Positions 20,996-30,598 of a stretch of DNA of 64,000 bases are shown here, piece after piece (position 1 is the first letter of the stretch; the number at the start of each line of letters is the position of its first letter). Made by a program: the position numbers and the translations under genes. The stretch covers positions 470,122-534,121 of the forward strand of contig CAWIGT010000001.1 in NCBI GenBank assembly GCA_963835845.1, written 5' to 3'. This DNA comes from an uncultured Chloroflexia bacterium. GTDB lineage: Bacteria > Chloroflexota > Limnocylindria > Limnocylindrales > CSP1-4. The notes below the pieces were generated by a model, which saw nothing but the letters and a program-made list of their open reading frames with translations, did not search any database and had not been told where the DNA came from.

Positions 20996-21351
20996 GAAGC
21001 CGGGCCGGCCGGCCGAGCCGCAGCCTGCGCCGCCTGCCGGGCCCAGTCCTGGAGGATGCCGGACATCGCGCTGAGCAGCCGTGTGGCGCGGTCCTGGCAC
21101 GCTCCACTCTGGAGCGGTCCAAAGCCGAAGTTGTGCGCATACACGTTGACCGCGGCGGCGCCGTCGACCCCGGAGACGGCGATCTCGACGGTGACCGGGT
21201 ATGTCGTCAAGGAGATCCCGCTCTTGCATCTGACCGAATACGGAGTCTGGACGGTGACCTTCATACCGACCATACCCGCGGCGTAGACGGCGGCCGGGGC
21301 GATGCTGGCCACCGGCGCGGGAGCCGTCCACGAAGTCGAGTACGAAGACAT
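20992..21351 (-). CDS. Hypothetical protein (119 aa)
   Basis: ATG is preceded by GAGGAG at 7-nt spacing, with GC3-rich codons. No family recognised. Its 3' end overlaps the tyrS stop. Confidence 0.5.
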   Translation of the reverse strand: MSSYSTSWTAPAPVASIAPAAVYAAGMVGMKVTVQTPYSVRCKSGISLTTYPVTVEIAVSGVDGAAAVNVYAHNFGFGPLQSGACQDRATRLLSAMSGILQDWARQAAQAAARPAGPAS

Positions 21352-21448
21352 ACCGATTCTCCTCGTCGAGATTGGTCGAGGCGTCGACCGGACGTGCAGA
21401 TGATACGGGCCGGCCGAGCGTGGTGGACGTCACCGTCGCCCACCACTG

Positions 21449-22220
21449 TCAGGCCTTGTGGCGCGCGCGAAGGCGGGCGATGATCGCGGCCGGTGGCAGG
21501 TCCCGCTCGCGCAGCAGAACCAGCGTGTGGTAGAGCAGGTCGGCGACCTCGCCGGTCAGGGCGTCGCGAGTGGCGGAACGGGACGTGGAGACGGCCACGG
21601 CGTCGTCCTTGGCCGCCATGAGCACTTCCGTGGCTTCTTCGGCGACTTTGCGGGCAGAGCCGTCCACTCCGGCGGCCAGCAAACGAGCCGTGTAGGAAGT
21701 GGCCGGATCGGCCGTCGCGCGAGAGTCGATCGTGGCCCAGAGCGTCTCGAGCCAGTCAAAACCCTGAGAGGATGCGGCGGGCCGGGTGGATTCGGACGGT
21801 GCGGCTGCCAGCGACCCGCGACCGGCAGCTACGACCTCGGCGGGGGCGGCCGCCGGTCGGTCCAACGGCAGCCGGCCGGAGCTTTCGTCCGGATCCGCAG
21901 GATCGAAGCAGACTGCGCGTGTTCCGGTGGCACGTCGGACCCGTGGGTTTAACCTGGAGCAGCAGCGCGTCGCCGTCGCAGTCGAGGGCCATGTCGATGA
22001 GCCGCAGGACGTTGCCGCTGGTTTCGCCCTTGCGCCACAGCCGGTCACGGGACCGCGAGTGGAAATGGACGTCGCCCGTGGCGAGCGTGGCGGCGAGCGC
22101 TTCAGCGTCTACGTAGGCGACCATCAGGACCCGGCCGTCGGCGACGTCCTGCACCACCGCCGGCACGAGGCCGGATGGCCCCCAGGACACGGCCTGTTCC
22201 GGTGACTGGCGCCCGATCAT
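21449..22220 (-). pseudogene. hisI: Bifunctional HisIE (PR-AMP cyclohydrolase / PR-ATP pyrophosphatase), one frameshift near 21925
   Basis: The HisI part is in ORF 21756..22220 (...RLWRKGETSGN...LLLQVKPTGPTCH). The HisE part is in ORF 21449..22048 (...TGTRAVCFDP...EEATEVLMAAKD...EVADLLYHTLVLL). The junction lacks one base after the CAC His codon. Confidence 0.85.
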
Positions 22221-23032
22221 GCCTCCAACTCCTCGATGCGGCGGACGGGCAAACCGGCCGCCGCCATAGCCTGTTTGACGTCGGCCACGGAGAACATCCG
22301 GCGATGGAATATGGACGCCGCGAGAACGGCGTCGGCTTTGCCGTCCCGAACAGCGGCGACGAAGTCGTCGGGACCGGCGGCGCCACCCGAGGCGATCACC
22401 GGGACCCTGACGCGTGTGGCGATCGCGGCCAGAAGCTCCGTGTCGAAGCCGCTATGCGTTCCGTCGCGATCCATGGAGGTCACCAGCAGTTCGCCCGCGC
22501 CGAGTTCAACAGCCTGTCGCGCCCACTCGACTGCGTCCAGGTCCGTGGCTCGACGACCCCCGTGGGTCACAACTTCCCATCGCTGCATAGCGGAGCCCCG
22601 GCCTGCGTCCTCGGAGCCGGCCTTGCCGGCAAGTCGCCGCGCGTCGATCGCGCACACCACCGCCTGGCTCCCGAACCTTTCCGCGCAGGCCGTCAGCAGC
22701 GCCGGCTCGGCCACGGCCGCCGTGTTGAACGAGACCTTGTCTGCGCCGGCTCGCAGCACGTCGCGCATCTCGTCGACGCTGCGGACGCCGCCACCGACCG
22801 TGAGCGGGACGAAGGCCCGGCCGGCCGTCCGTCTGACGACTTCGAGCATGGTGCCGCGGCGCTCGTGGGCGGCGGTAATGTCCAGGAGCACGATCTCGTC
22901 GGCGCCCTCGCGAGCGTAGCGCTCCGCCAGTTCGGCGGGATCGCCCTCGTCGGTGAGGTTCACGAACTTGGTTCCTTTGACGACCCGACCTTTGTCGACG
23001 TCGAGGCATGGGATGACGCGACGGGCCAGCAT
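22217..23032 (-). CDS. hisF: Imidazole glycerol phosphate synthase cyclase subunit
   Basis: [20 protein letters not shown]...LTVGGGVRS... is a HisF signature. Its stop overlaps the hisIE start. Confidence 0.95.
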   Translation of the reverse strand: MLARRVIPCLDVDKGRVVKGTKFVNLTDEGDPAELAERYAREGADEIVLLDITAAHERRGTMLEVVRRTAGRAFVPLTVGGGVRSVDEMRDVLRAGADKVSFNTAAVAEPALLTACAERFGSQAVVCAIDARRLAGKAGSEDAGRGSAMQRWEVVTHGGRRATDLDAVEWARQAVELGAGELLVTSMDRDGTHSGFDTELLAAIATRVRVPVIASGGAAGPDDFVAAVRDGKADAVLAASIFHRRMFSVADVKQAMAAAGLPVRRIEELEA

Positions 23033-23689
23033 CTAGGCCACGCCCGAGGAACGCGGCGCCGACGTCCGACCGGCTGACACCAGGCCGACGAAATTGGCCA
23101 GGACGCGCAGGCCGGCGTCGGACGATTTCTCCGGGTGGAACTGCAGCCCATAGAGCGAACCGCGGGCGATGGCGCTCACGAACGGCCGGCCGTGCGTGGT
23201 TCGAGCCAGGACGATGCTCTCGTCGGCCGGCTCGGGGGCGAACGAGTGGACGAAGTAGAAATACGAGCCGTCGGGGATGCCGTCGAAGAGGGGATGAGAT
23301 CTCACGGCATCGACCGAATTCCAGCCGATGTGCGGCAGCGTCGGCGCGTCGGCGAGCGTGACCGATCGGCCGGCGAGGAGGCCGAGCGTCTCGGCCGCGC
23401 CCTCGTCCAAATCGTCGAAGAACAGCTGGAAGCCGAGGCATATCCCCAGGCAGGGTTTGCCGGCCCGTACCCACTCCCGGATGGGCTCGACCATGCCATG
23501 GTCGCGCAGGTGATCCATGGCCGGACCCGCGGCCCCGACCCCGGGCACTACGATCGCGTCGACACCAGCCACGCCACGGGCGTCGACGGCCACAGTGGCG
23601 TCCGCACCGACTGCGGCGAGGGCACGCGCGATGCTCACCATGTTGGCCGCGCCGTAGTCGAGGACGGCGACGGTCACGCCGCCGCTCAT
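23033..23689 (-). CDS. hisH: Imidazole glycerol phosphate synthase glutamine amidotransferase subunit
   Basis: VAVLDYGAANMVSIARAL, GKPCLGICLGFQLFF (catalytic Cys), HIGWNSV, YFVHSF. Confidence 0.9.
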   Translation of the reverse strand: MSGGVTVAVLDYGAANMVSIARALAAVGADATVAVDARGVAGVDAIVVPGVGAAGPAMDHLRDHGMVEPIREWVRAGKPCLGICLGFQLFFDDLDEGAAETLGLLAGRSVTLADAPTLPHIGWNSVDAVRSHPLFDGIPDGSYFYFVHSFAPEPADESIVLARTTHGRPFVSAIARGSLYGLQFHPEKSSDAGLRVLANFVGLVSAGRTSAPRSSGVA

Positions 23690-24306
23690 CCGAGGCTGCC
23701 CTTCGTGGAGGCTACCCCTGTACGGCGCGGGTCGACTGCAACCGCTGCGCTCAGCGACCGGCCCAGTGCTTTGAACGCGGCTTCGGCCAGGTGGTGATCG
23801 TTGCGGCCGCGGCCCTTGAGGTTGATCGTGGCTCCGGCGGCCCTGGCTAGGGACTCGACGACGTGCTCGATCAGCTCGAGCGGCAGCTTGCCGGCGCGCT
23901 TGCCCCGGAAGGGCAGGTCCACGACCGCGTATGGCCTGCCGCCCACGTCGACCACGGCCGTGGCCACGCTCTCGTCCATCGGCACCGCCGCGTCACCGAA
24001 GCGAGCGATGCCGGAGCGGTCGCCCAGCGCCTCGGCCAGGGCGGCTCCGAGGACGAGGGCCACGTCCTCGACCGTGTGGTGCTCGTCGACGATCAGATCG
24101 CCCGTGGCCGCCACGTCCAGATCGAACAGGGCATGGTGTGCCATCGAGTTCAGCAGATGGTCGTAGAACCCCACCCCGGTGGCGATGTTGGTCTCGCCGG
24201 TGCCGTCGAGCTTGAGCGTGACGGTGATTTCGGTCTCTCTGGTGGCGCGAGTGACGGTTGCCCAGCGGGCGCCCGACGCCGTCACGGTGCCGATCTGACT
24301 GCTCAT
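23686..24306 (-). CDS. hisB: Imidazoleglycerol-phosphate dehydratase
   Basis: The last 206 codons of ORF 23686..25242 read RATRETEITVTLKLDGTG...GFYDHLLNSMAHH...VDEHHTVEDVALVLG. ATG at 24306 overlaps the hisC stop. Confidence 0.9.
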   Translation of the reverse strand: MSSQIGTVTASGARWATVTRATRETEITVTLKLDGTGETNIATGVGFYDHLLNSMAHHALFDLDVAATGDLIVDEHHTVEDVALVLGAALAEALGDRSGIARFGDAAVPMDESVATAVVDVGGRPYAVVDLPFRGKRAGKLPLELIEHVVESLARAAGATINLKGRGRNDHHLAEAAFKALGRSLSAAVAVDPRRTGVASTKGSLG

Positions 24307-25412
24307 GCGGGGATCCCTCTGGCTGCGTCGATGAGTCGGTCGTTCTCCGCCGCCGACCGAACGGTCAGCCGGAGGCAGTCGAGGAACGGGTGGTCGGCCC
24401 CGAACGTGCGCGGCACCAGGCCCTTGTGCAGCAGCGCCTCCGCCGCGGCGCCGGCGGCGTCGGCCGAGCTGAAGCGCACCAGGATGAAGTTCGACTGCGA
24501 CGGATACGGGCGCCAGCCCACGTTCGGCAGGGCGACGTGCAGCCGGATGCGCTGCTCGGCGATGCGGGCGACGTTCGTTTCGGCCAGTTCGGGACGCCGC
24601 AGTGACGCGGTGGCCAGGGCCGCCGACACCGTTCCTACGGACGCCGGGGCGCGATAGGCGACGATAGGTGCGAGCGTTTCGGGTCTGGCGATCGCAAAAC
24701 CGACCCTGGCCCCGGCCAGCGCATGGGCCTTGCTCATGGTCCGGACCACCACGAGACGCGGGTAGTCGAAGCGAAGCGGCAATACGGACCGGCCCACGAA
24801 CTCCGCGTACGCCTCGTCCATAGCCACGACGGGTGCTTCGCGGCCGTCGCGCGCGGCATCGGCCTCGAGCTGCGACAGCAACAGCCCGATACGCCCGGGC
24901 GGTTCGAAGGCGCCGGTCGGATTGTTCGGCTCGCACAGCCAGACGATCTGAGCCGCGCGGGCCGCGGCGGCCAGGGCCGGGATGTCGAGCCGGAAAGCCT
25001 CCTCCGGGCCGAGTCGAGGCACGGACACAACAGTTGCCCCGCGCTGCTCGGAGACGATCCGGTACATCGCGTACGTAGGCGTGGCCACGACCGCCACGGC
25101 CCCCTCGCGCAGAGAGGCGCGGGCGATGAGGTCGAGCGCCTCGTCCGCGCCGGCGGTCGGCAGCAACTCGTCGGCCGCGACGCAGTAGGACCTCGCGGCT
25201 GCTTCGACCAGCGCGCCGTAGTCGCTGGGCGGGTATTCGCAAAGCGGCGGGTCGAACGATCCGGCCAACACGTTGCGCAGGTCCGGTGGCAGCGGCGAAG
25301 TGTTGACGTCGAAACGGACGATTTCCGCACGCGGCAAACCGTATTGGGCGGCCAGCGCGTCGGTCGTCGGTTCCCAGACGTAAGTCGGCAGTGGCTGTCG
25401 AGGCGTGCTCAT
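24303..25412 (-). CDS. hisC: Histidinol-phosphate aminotransferase
   Basis: 369 aa class II aminotransferase with PLP-Lys context RTMSKAHALAGARVGF. It sits between hisD and hisB. Confidence 0.9.
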   Translation of the reverse strand: MSTPRQPLPTYVWEPTTDALAAQYGLPRAEIVRFDVNTSPLPPDLRNVLAGSFDPPLCEYPPSDYGALVEAAARSYCVAADELLPTAGADEALDLIARASLREGAVAVVATPTYAMYRIVSEQRGATVVSVPRLGPEEAFRLDIPALAAAARAAQIVWLCEPNNPTGAFEPPGRIGLLLSQLEADAARDGREAPVVAMDEAYAEFVGRSVLPLRFDYPRLVVVRTMSKAHALAGARVGFAIARPETLAPIVAYRAPASVGTVSAALATASLRRPELAETNVARIAEQRIRLHVALPNVGWRPYPSQSNFILVRFSSADAAGAAAEALLHKGLVPRTFGADHPFLDCLRLTVRSAAENDRLIDAARGIPA

Positions 25413-26761
25413 GGGGCGACCCTGCCTTCGTCGTGGCCTTCGAAGCGGAGCTCGACGGCGCGCCTGTGGGCTATCAACCCTTCGGCCTCAGAGATCGCCT
25501 CGACCGCGTCGCGTATGCCGGCCAGGCCTTCGCGCGTGATCCTCTGGACCTGGATGAACTTGCCGTAGCTCTCCGTCGAGAGTGCGCCGCAGGAGCGGGC
25601 CAGCCCGCCCGTGGGCAGGACGTGGTTCGCGCCGGAGGCGTAGTCGCCGGCCGACTCCGGAGCGTATGGCCCGACGAATAGCGAGCCGGCGTTGTGCAGC
25701 CGCTCAACGGCTTCCTCGACGTCGTCGACCACCACCGACAGGTGTTCAGGCGCATAGCCGTTGACGAAGTCGATCGCGGCGTCGCGGTTGGGGGCCAGGA
25801 CAACGAGGGCGCCTGCGCCAAGAGAACGTTCCAGGATCGCGCGGCGGGCGGCAGTCTCGAGCTGCCGGGCCAGTTGCTCCTCGACCTCTCGGGCGAAGGC
25901 CGCGTCCCAGGTCACGAGCAGGGCAGGGGAGTCCGGGCCGTGTTCCGCCTGGGAGAGCAGGTCAGAGGCGACATGGGCAGCATCGGCCGTACCGTCGGCC
26001 ACGACCATGACTTCCGACGGACCCGCGGGCAGGTCGATGCCGCACTCGCCGAACACTTCGAGCTTGGCTGCCGTCACCCAAGCATTGCCCGGGCCGACAA
26101 TACGATCGACCGGCTCCACGCCTGCTTCCGGCAGGCCGTAGGCGAGGCCCCCGACCGCCTGGGCCCCGCCGGCGACGATGAACTCGTCCACGCCGATGAG
26201 CCCGGCCGCGCCCAGGAGCGTGGCGTTGACGACGCCGCCGGCATCGGCCGGGGATGCGACCACGATCCGGCTCACTCCGGCAACCCTGGCTGGCACGACG
26301 CCCATCAGCAACGAACTCGGGTACGCCGCGGAGCCACCGGGCGCATACACGCCGACGCTCGCCAGCGGCACCCACCGCCGCTCGATCTCGACGCCCGGGA
26401 CGACGGTCGTGGTCCGGGTCTGCGGCAGTTGGGTCTCGGCGAAGCAGCCAATGTTGGCGATCATCTGCTCGAGCCCGGCCCGGATCCGCGCTGGGAGCTG
26501 ATCGCGCGCCGTCTCCATCTCGGCTCGGGTCACGAGCAGCTCGCCGCCCGCCCGGCCGCCGCCGTGGCGGCGATTGGCCTCGCGAACCGCTGCGTCGCCG
26601 CCGGCCTTGACCGCCGCCAGAATGGCTCGCGCGCCTTCGCGAATGCCCGGATCGGGCACGGCCCCTCGCCGGAACAACGCCTTCACCTCCGCGGCCACAA
26701 CCGGGTCGACGGCGACGCGGGTCAAATCCAGGCGCCGCAGCGAGACGATGGGAGTGGTCAT
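25409..26761 (-). CDS. hisD: Histidinol dehydrogenase
   Basis: Read from MTTPIVSLRRLDL (ATG 26761, overlapping the hisG stop). HisD motifs include GPGNAWVTAAK, LSQAEHGPDS and GDYASGANHVLPT. Confidence 0.9.
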   Translation of the reverse strand: MTTPIVSLRRLDLTRVAVDPVVAAEVKALFRRGAVPDPGIREGARAILAAVKAGGDAAVREANRRHGGGRAGGELLVTRAEMETARDQLPARIRAGLEQMIANIGCFAETQLPQTRTTTVVPGVEIERRWVPLASVGVYAPGGSAAYPSSLLMGVVPARVAGVSRIVVASPADAGGVVNATLLGAAGLIGVDEFIVAGGAQAVGGLAYGLPEAGVEPVDRIVGPGNAWVTAAKLEVFGECGIDLPAGPSEVMVVADGTADAAHVASDLLSQAEHGPDSPALLVTWDAAFAREVEEQLARQLETAARRAILERSLGAGALVVLAPNRDAAIDFVNGYAPEHLSVVVDDVEEAVERLHNAGSLFVGPYAPESAGDYASGANHVLPTGGLARSCGALSTESYGKFIQVQRITREGLAGIRDAVEAISEAEGLIAHRRAVELRFEGHDEGRVAP

Positions 26762-27618
26762 GGGACGAGTTTCTCGATGGGCAGGATGAGAATGCCGGAC
26801 GCCCCGGCGGCCTTCAGCTTCGGCAACAGCGTCCAAACCTGGTCGGCATCGACGACGGAGTGGATGGCGCACATGCCCTCATGCGCCAGCGGAATGATCG
26901 ACGGCGACTCGAGGCCCGGCAGCAGGTCTTCCAGTTCCGCCAGTTTCGTGTGCGGCGCGTTCATCATCAAGTACTTGCGATCGCGCGCCGCAATCGTGGC
27001 GCTGAACATCGTCCGGATCGAGCCGACCATGTCGGCGCGGTCCGCCAGGGCGGTGGCGTTGGCCAGCATCACGGCCTGCGAGGCGAAGATTTCCTCGATC
27101 GGTCGGAGCCCATTGACGACCATCGTCGAGCCGGTGGAGACCAGGTCGGCGATCGCCTCGGCCAGCCCGAGTCGGGGGGCAACCTCAGCCGCTCCCGAAA
27201 CGGGAATTACGTCCACGGGGATTTCGTGTGTCGCGAAGAAGCGTCGGGTCAGATTCAGGTGGGACGTGGCGACGCGCAGGCCGGCGAGGTCCTGGATCGT
27301 ACGAATTGGCGAATCGTTCGGGACTGCGACGGTAAGTCTGCAGCGTCCGTAGCCGAGGTTGTGCACCTGGGGCACCGTGGTCCCCGACTCGGCGACGAGA
27401 TCCAGACCTGTGACACCGAGCTCGGCCACGCCGTCACTCACGAACTCCACTATGTCGTTCGTCCGCACGAACAGGATGTCCAGATCGAAGTTCTGAACCC
27501 TCGCCACCAGCGACCGCTCGCCGGCTTCGAAGACGAGCCCGGCGTCGTGGAGCAGAGCCATCGTTGGCTCGACCAGGCGACCTTTGTTGGGTACGGCCAG
27601 GCGCAGACGGCGCGTCAT
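26758..27618 (-). CDS. hisG: ATP phosphoribosyltransferase (long form)
   Basis: RLAVPNKGRL, FVRTNDIVEFV, VSTGSTMVVNGL, and a C-terminal regulatory domain. 286 aa. Confidence 0.9.
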   Translation of the reverse strand: MTRRLRLAVPNKGRLVEPTMALLHDAGLVFEAGERSLVARVQNFDLDILFVRTNDIVEFVSDGVAELGVTGLDLVAESGTTVPQVHNLGYGRCRLTVAVPNDSPIRTIQDLAGLRVATSHLNLTRRFFATHEIPVDVIPVSGAAEVAPRLGLAEAIADLVSTGSTMVVNGLRPIEEIFASQAVMLANATALADRADMVGSIRTMFSATIAARDRKYLMMNAPHTKLAELEDLLPGLESPSIIPLAHEGMCAIHSVVDADQVWTLLPKLKAAGASGILILPIEKLVP

Positions 27619-27962
27619 CGATTCGTTTCTCCATTGGCGGGTGACGGGGAGCGGCCGGGCGCGGCTTTGGCGGCGTGGAGGCGCTCGAGCGCGGTGGTGT
27701 AGCCGCCCTCACCGTGGTGGAGCCACTGGGCTATGCGGGTGATCGTGGCCGTGCTTGCGCCCGTCCGGCTGGAGATCTCCGCGTAATGCATGCCCTCGTC
27801 CAGCAGCCGCACGACCGCCCAACGCTGAGCCATGTCGTGCAGCTCGCCGAGCGTGCACAGGTCGCGGAAGAACGCAGAGGCCTCGTCGGCGCTTTCGAGG
27901 CGCAGAATCGCCTCGAACAAGTCGCCTGCGTCCTCGTTTCGCCAGGCTTCTGTCGCGGTCAT
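27615..27962 (-). CDS. yerC: TrpR-like YerC/YecD-family DNA-binding protein, first cistron of the his operon (candidate HisR-type regulator)
   Basis: LFEAILRLESADEASAFFRDLCTLGELHDMAQRWAVVRLLDEGMHYAEISSRTGASTATITRIAQWL matches the YerC family, including the TGASTATI(S/T)R helix. Its stop overlaps the hisG start by 4 nt. Confidence 0.8.
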   Translation of the reverse strand: MTATEAWRNEDAGDLFEAILRLESADEASAFFRDLCTLGELHDMAQRWAVVRLLDEGMHYAEISSRTGASTATITRIAQWLHHGEGGYTTALERLHAAKAAPGRSPSPANGETNR

Positions 27963-28033
27963 CGTGGTTCCTCGTTTGCTGTCAGGCGGTACGTCCTAGC
28001 GTGCTTCTCGCCTGTATCGTCCATCTGCTGACG

Positions 28034-28055
28034 TAGTAGCATAGTAGCATGCTAC
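28034..28055. promoter_or_regulatory. Candidate operator: direct repeat TAGTAGCA x2 ending in perfect palindrome GTAGCATGCTAC, overlapping the hisA ATG
   Basis: TAGTAGCA occurs at 28034-28041 and 28042-28049. GTAGCA|TGCTAC is at 28044-28055. It is an AT-rich island in the 86-bp divergent yerC/hisA intergenic region. Confidence 0.4.
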
Positions 28056-28816
28056 AAGAGAGGCAAGCAGAACCCCGGGACACTTTCACACTCTTGCCCG
28101 CGATCGACCTGAGGGGCGGGCAAGTGGTCCGCCTGGCCGAGGGTGATTTTGGGCGCGAGACCATCTACTCCACGGACCCGGCGGCGGTGGCGCGGGGCTT
28201 CGCGGCGGCCGGCGCGAGCTGGATACACGTGGTCGACCTGGACGGCGCCCGTGACGGCGGCCGGCGGCAGACCGACGCCGTTCAGCAGATAGTCGTTGCG
28301 GCAGGGGACCGGGTGGCCTGCGAAATCGCGGGTGGGTTGAGGGACGAGGAAGCGGTTGCCGCGGTACTCGGCGCGGGCGCGGCGCGGGCGGTGGTCGGCA
28401 CCGCGGCGCTCCGCGATCCGGCCTTCGTGGAGCGGTTGATAGGCCGCTTTGGGGCGGAGCGGATCGCCGTAGCTCTGGACGTCCGCGACGGTAGCGCGGT
28501 CGGACAGGGCTGGGTCCCAGGGGCGACGGCTGTCGCCGCGGAAGAGGCGCTGGCGGTGCTCGCCGACCGCGGCGCCCGGACATTCATCGTGACCGCCATC
28601 GAGCGAGACGGCCTGCTGGCCGGGCCGAACCTGGAACTCCTCGCTCGCATGGTTGCCCTGGACCTTGGCGACGTCGTCGCGTCCGCCGGCGTCTCGAGCC
28701 TGCGGGATCTCGGCGAGGTCCGATCGATCGGCTGCGTCGGCGCCGTCGTCGGACGCGCCATCTACGAAGGCCGGCTGGACCTGGCCGAAGCGATCCGTCT
28801 GGCCCGCGCCGGCTGA
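28049..28816 (+). CDS. hisA: ProFAR isomerase HisA (possibly PriA-type)
   Basis: LLPAIDLRGGQVVRL...IAGGLRD...GVSSLRDL...VVGRAIYEG is a HisA fold signature. It is transcribed divergently from the rest of the his genes. Confidence 0.85.
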   Translation: MLQERQAEPRDTFTLLPAIDLRGGQVVRLAEGDFGRETIYSTDPAAVARGFAAAGASWIHVVDLDGARDGGRRQTDAVQQIVVAAGDRVACEIAGGLRDEEAVAAVLGAGAARAVVGTAALRDPAFVERLIGRFGAERIAVALDVRDGSAVGQGWVPGATAVAAEEALAVLADRGARTFIVTAIERDGLLAGPNLELLARMVALDLGDVVASAGVSSLRDLGEVRSIGCVGAVVGRAIYEGRLDLAEAIRLARAG

Positions 28817-28901
28817 CAGTTCGGCCGTGTAGAGCCGGCGCCGGCCATTCGGACCTGCTCATCGCACGGCCGGCGTCCGGACCGACCCGGCAAGGAAGCC
28901 T

Positions 28902-30269
28902 CTAGCAGGTCGGGCCCTGGGTCTTGCCGTAGTAGCGACTGTCCTGGCCGAAGAGCTTCACCGAGAGGGTCGCCACCTTGTCGAGTTCGAGGCAGGAGGT
29001 CGACGCAGATGCCGTAGCCGAAGACACGCTGTACGGCGGTCCCAGGACGTAGGAGTCGAAGTTGGTCGACGGTACCGACTGCACGAAAGCGACCATGTCG
29101 GCCACCTTGGAAGACGGGAAGTTGGTCGAGACGAGCGAAGCGGCCTGGCTCATCAGATCGGGGAGCCGGGTGATCATCGCCGGCGAGGCCATCTTGTGAG
29201 CGACCGCCGTAAGCAGCTGCTGCTGCCGGCCGGCTCGGGCGTAGTCGCTGTTGCCGCTGCCGTGTCGAGATCGCGCGTATGCAAGGGCCAGGCGTCCGTC
29301 CAGGTGGTGGGCGCCCGCGGACAGCTTGAAGCCGTAGGGCGAGCCGTCGAGCCAGTCGTACGAGGGGTCGTTGATGGCCGCCGGATTGGTGATGTCGACC
29401 CCGCCGACCATGTCGATGATCTTCATGAAGCTGCCGAGATCGAGCACGCCGTAGTAGTTGATCGGCACGCCGACGAGGTAGCTCACTTCCTTGACCAGAG
29501 TCGTGACCGGCTGGTCGCCCGACGTGAGCCAGCCGTTCTTGATGTACGTTGGAATTGCGTTGATCTTCACTTTGCCGATCCCGCCCCAATACAGCGGGTA
29601 GCCGGCGGTGTCGCGCGGGACGCTGACCATGGCCACTCGATTCGTATTCGAATCGACGCTCACGACCATCAAGGAGTCGTAGAGGCGCTCCGAGCGGCCC
29701 GTGTACTGATCGAGGCCGGCGAGGAGGATCGTCGTTCGGGGACCGCTGGCCGGCAGCTGGGCGGCTTCGGCGCCGTTGGCCCCGGTATCGAAGATGCCCA
29801 GGTCCATGTTGTAGGCCGACCAGATGTACGCGGCGCCGAGCGCGTGGCTGGCCACGATCGCCGTCAACAGCACCGCGAGCGCGAACCGCTCCGCGCCTCG
29901 GCTCCTGGCACGCACGTCCGCGAGGGCGAAGGCATGGCTCACGGCGATCAGGCGCCAGAGGCCCAAGAGGAGCACGGCCACGAACACGACCGCCGCGACG
30001 GTCGGGTCCAGGAGCCGCGCCACCATTACGGCGAGCCCCTGCCTGGCCTCATACACGACGACGGCGGCGACGACGAGAACGGGGATCGCGAACACCAGAG
30101 CCGACGTCCGACGGCGCGCGTAGACCTGCCCGAGACCCGGCCACAAGAACGACAGCAAGGCCGCCAGAGACGGCGAGAAGGGTCTGGGACGGATCGCGGA
30201 CGAGGTGTTCTGCACGGCAAACGACTCTAGCACTGGCTCAGGGGGTAGGTCTTCGGGACGCCCGAACAC
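28902..30269 (-). CDS. LytR-CpsA-Psr (LCP) family protein with multi-TM N-terminus
   Basis: LCP core: TILLAGLDQ...RLYDSLMVVSVD...VSVPRDT...INYYGVLDLGSFMKIIDMVGGVDI...LALAYARSRHG. Confidence 0.8.
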   Translation of the reverse strand: MFGRPEDLPPEPVLESFAVQNTSSAIRPRPFSPSLAALLSFLWPGLGQVYARRRTSALVFAIPVLVVAAVVVYEARQGLAVMVARLLDPTVAAVVFVAVLLLGLWRLIAVSHAFALADVRARSRGAERFALAVLLTAIVASHALGAAYIWSAYNMDLGIFDTGANGAEAAQLPASGPRTTILLAGLDQYTGRSERLYDSLMVVSVDSNTNRVAMVSVPRDTAGYPLYWGGIGKVKINAIPTYIKNGWLTSGDQPVTTLVKEVSYLVGVPINYYGVLDLGSFMKIIDMVGGVDITNPAAINDPSYDWLDGSPYGFKLSAGAHHLDGRLALAYARSRHGSGNSDYARAGRQQQLLTAVAHKMASPAMITRLPDLMSQAASLVSTNFPSSKVADMVAFVQSVPSTNFDSYVLGPPYSVSSATASASTSCLELDKVATLSVKLFGQDSRYYGKTQGPTC

Positions 30270-30501
30270 GCCACGGCGTTACGCTGGCGAGCCGAACCGG
30301 GCTTGAACGGGGCCAGGGCGAGCCCGATTTCGCACTCAAGAGTCGGCGCCAGACGGCCGAAAACCCAGGTGGAGGCGACGGCTCCGGGGCCGGTCTTCAC
30401 GGGCTACCACCCCGGTATCACGCGTCGTCACCCTGCGGTTCTCTACGATCCGGGCACGAGTAACGGCCGTGTGCCCCGTCGGCAGGCCGCAGAACAAGCA
30501 C

Positions 30502-30533
30502 GCGGGTCTCGCGCCGGCCGGTGCGAGACCCGC
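30502..30533 (-). terminator. Candidate terminator downstream of the EF-G paralog
   Basis: Perfect 11-bp stem GCGGGUCUCGC/GCGAGACCCGC with a 10-nt loop. On the minus strand it is followed by GUGCUUGUUCUG. It lies 66 nt past the stop. Confidence 0.5.
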
Positions 30534-30598
30534 TATTCCTGCGTGGACTGACGAGGCCGCGGCGATAACCCGGCGGGACGTCCGTTGCGCCCCCGTCG

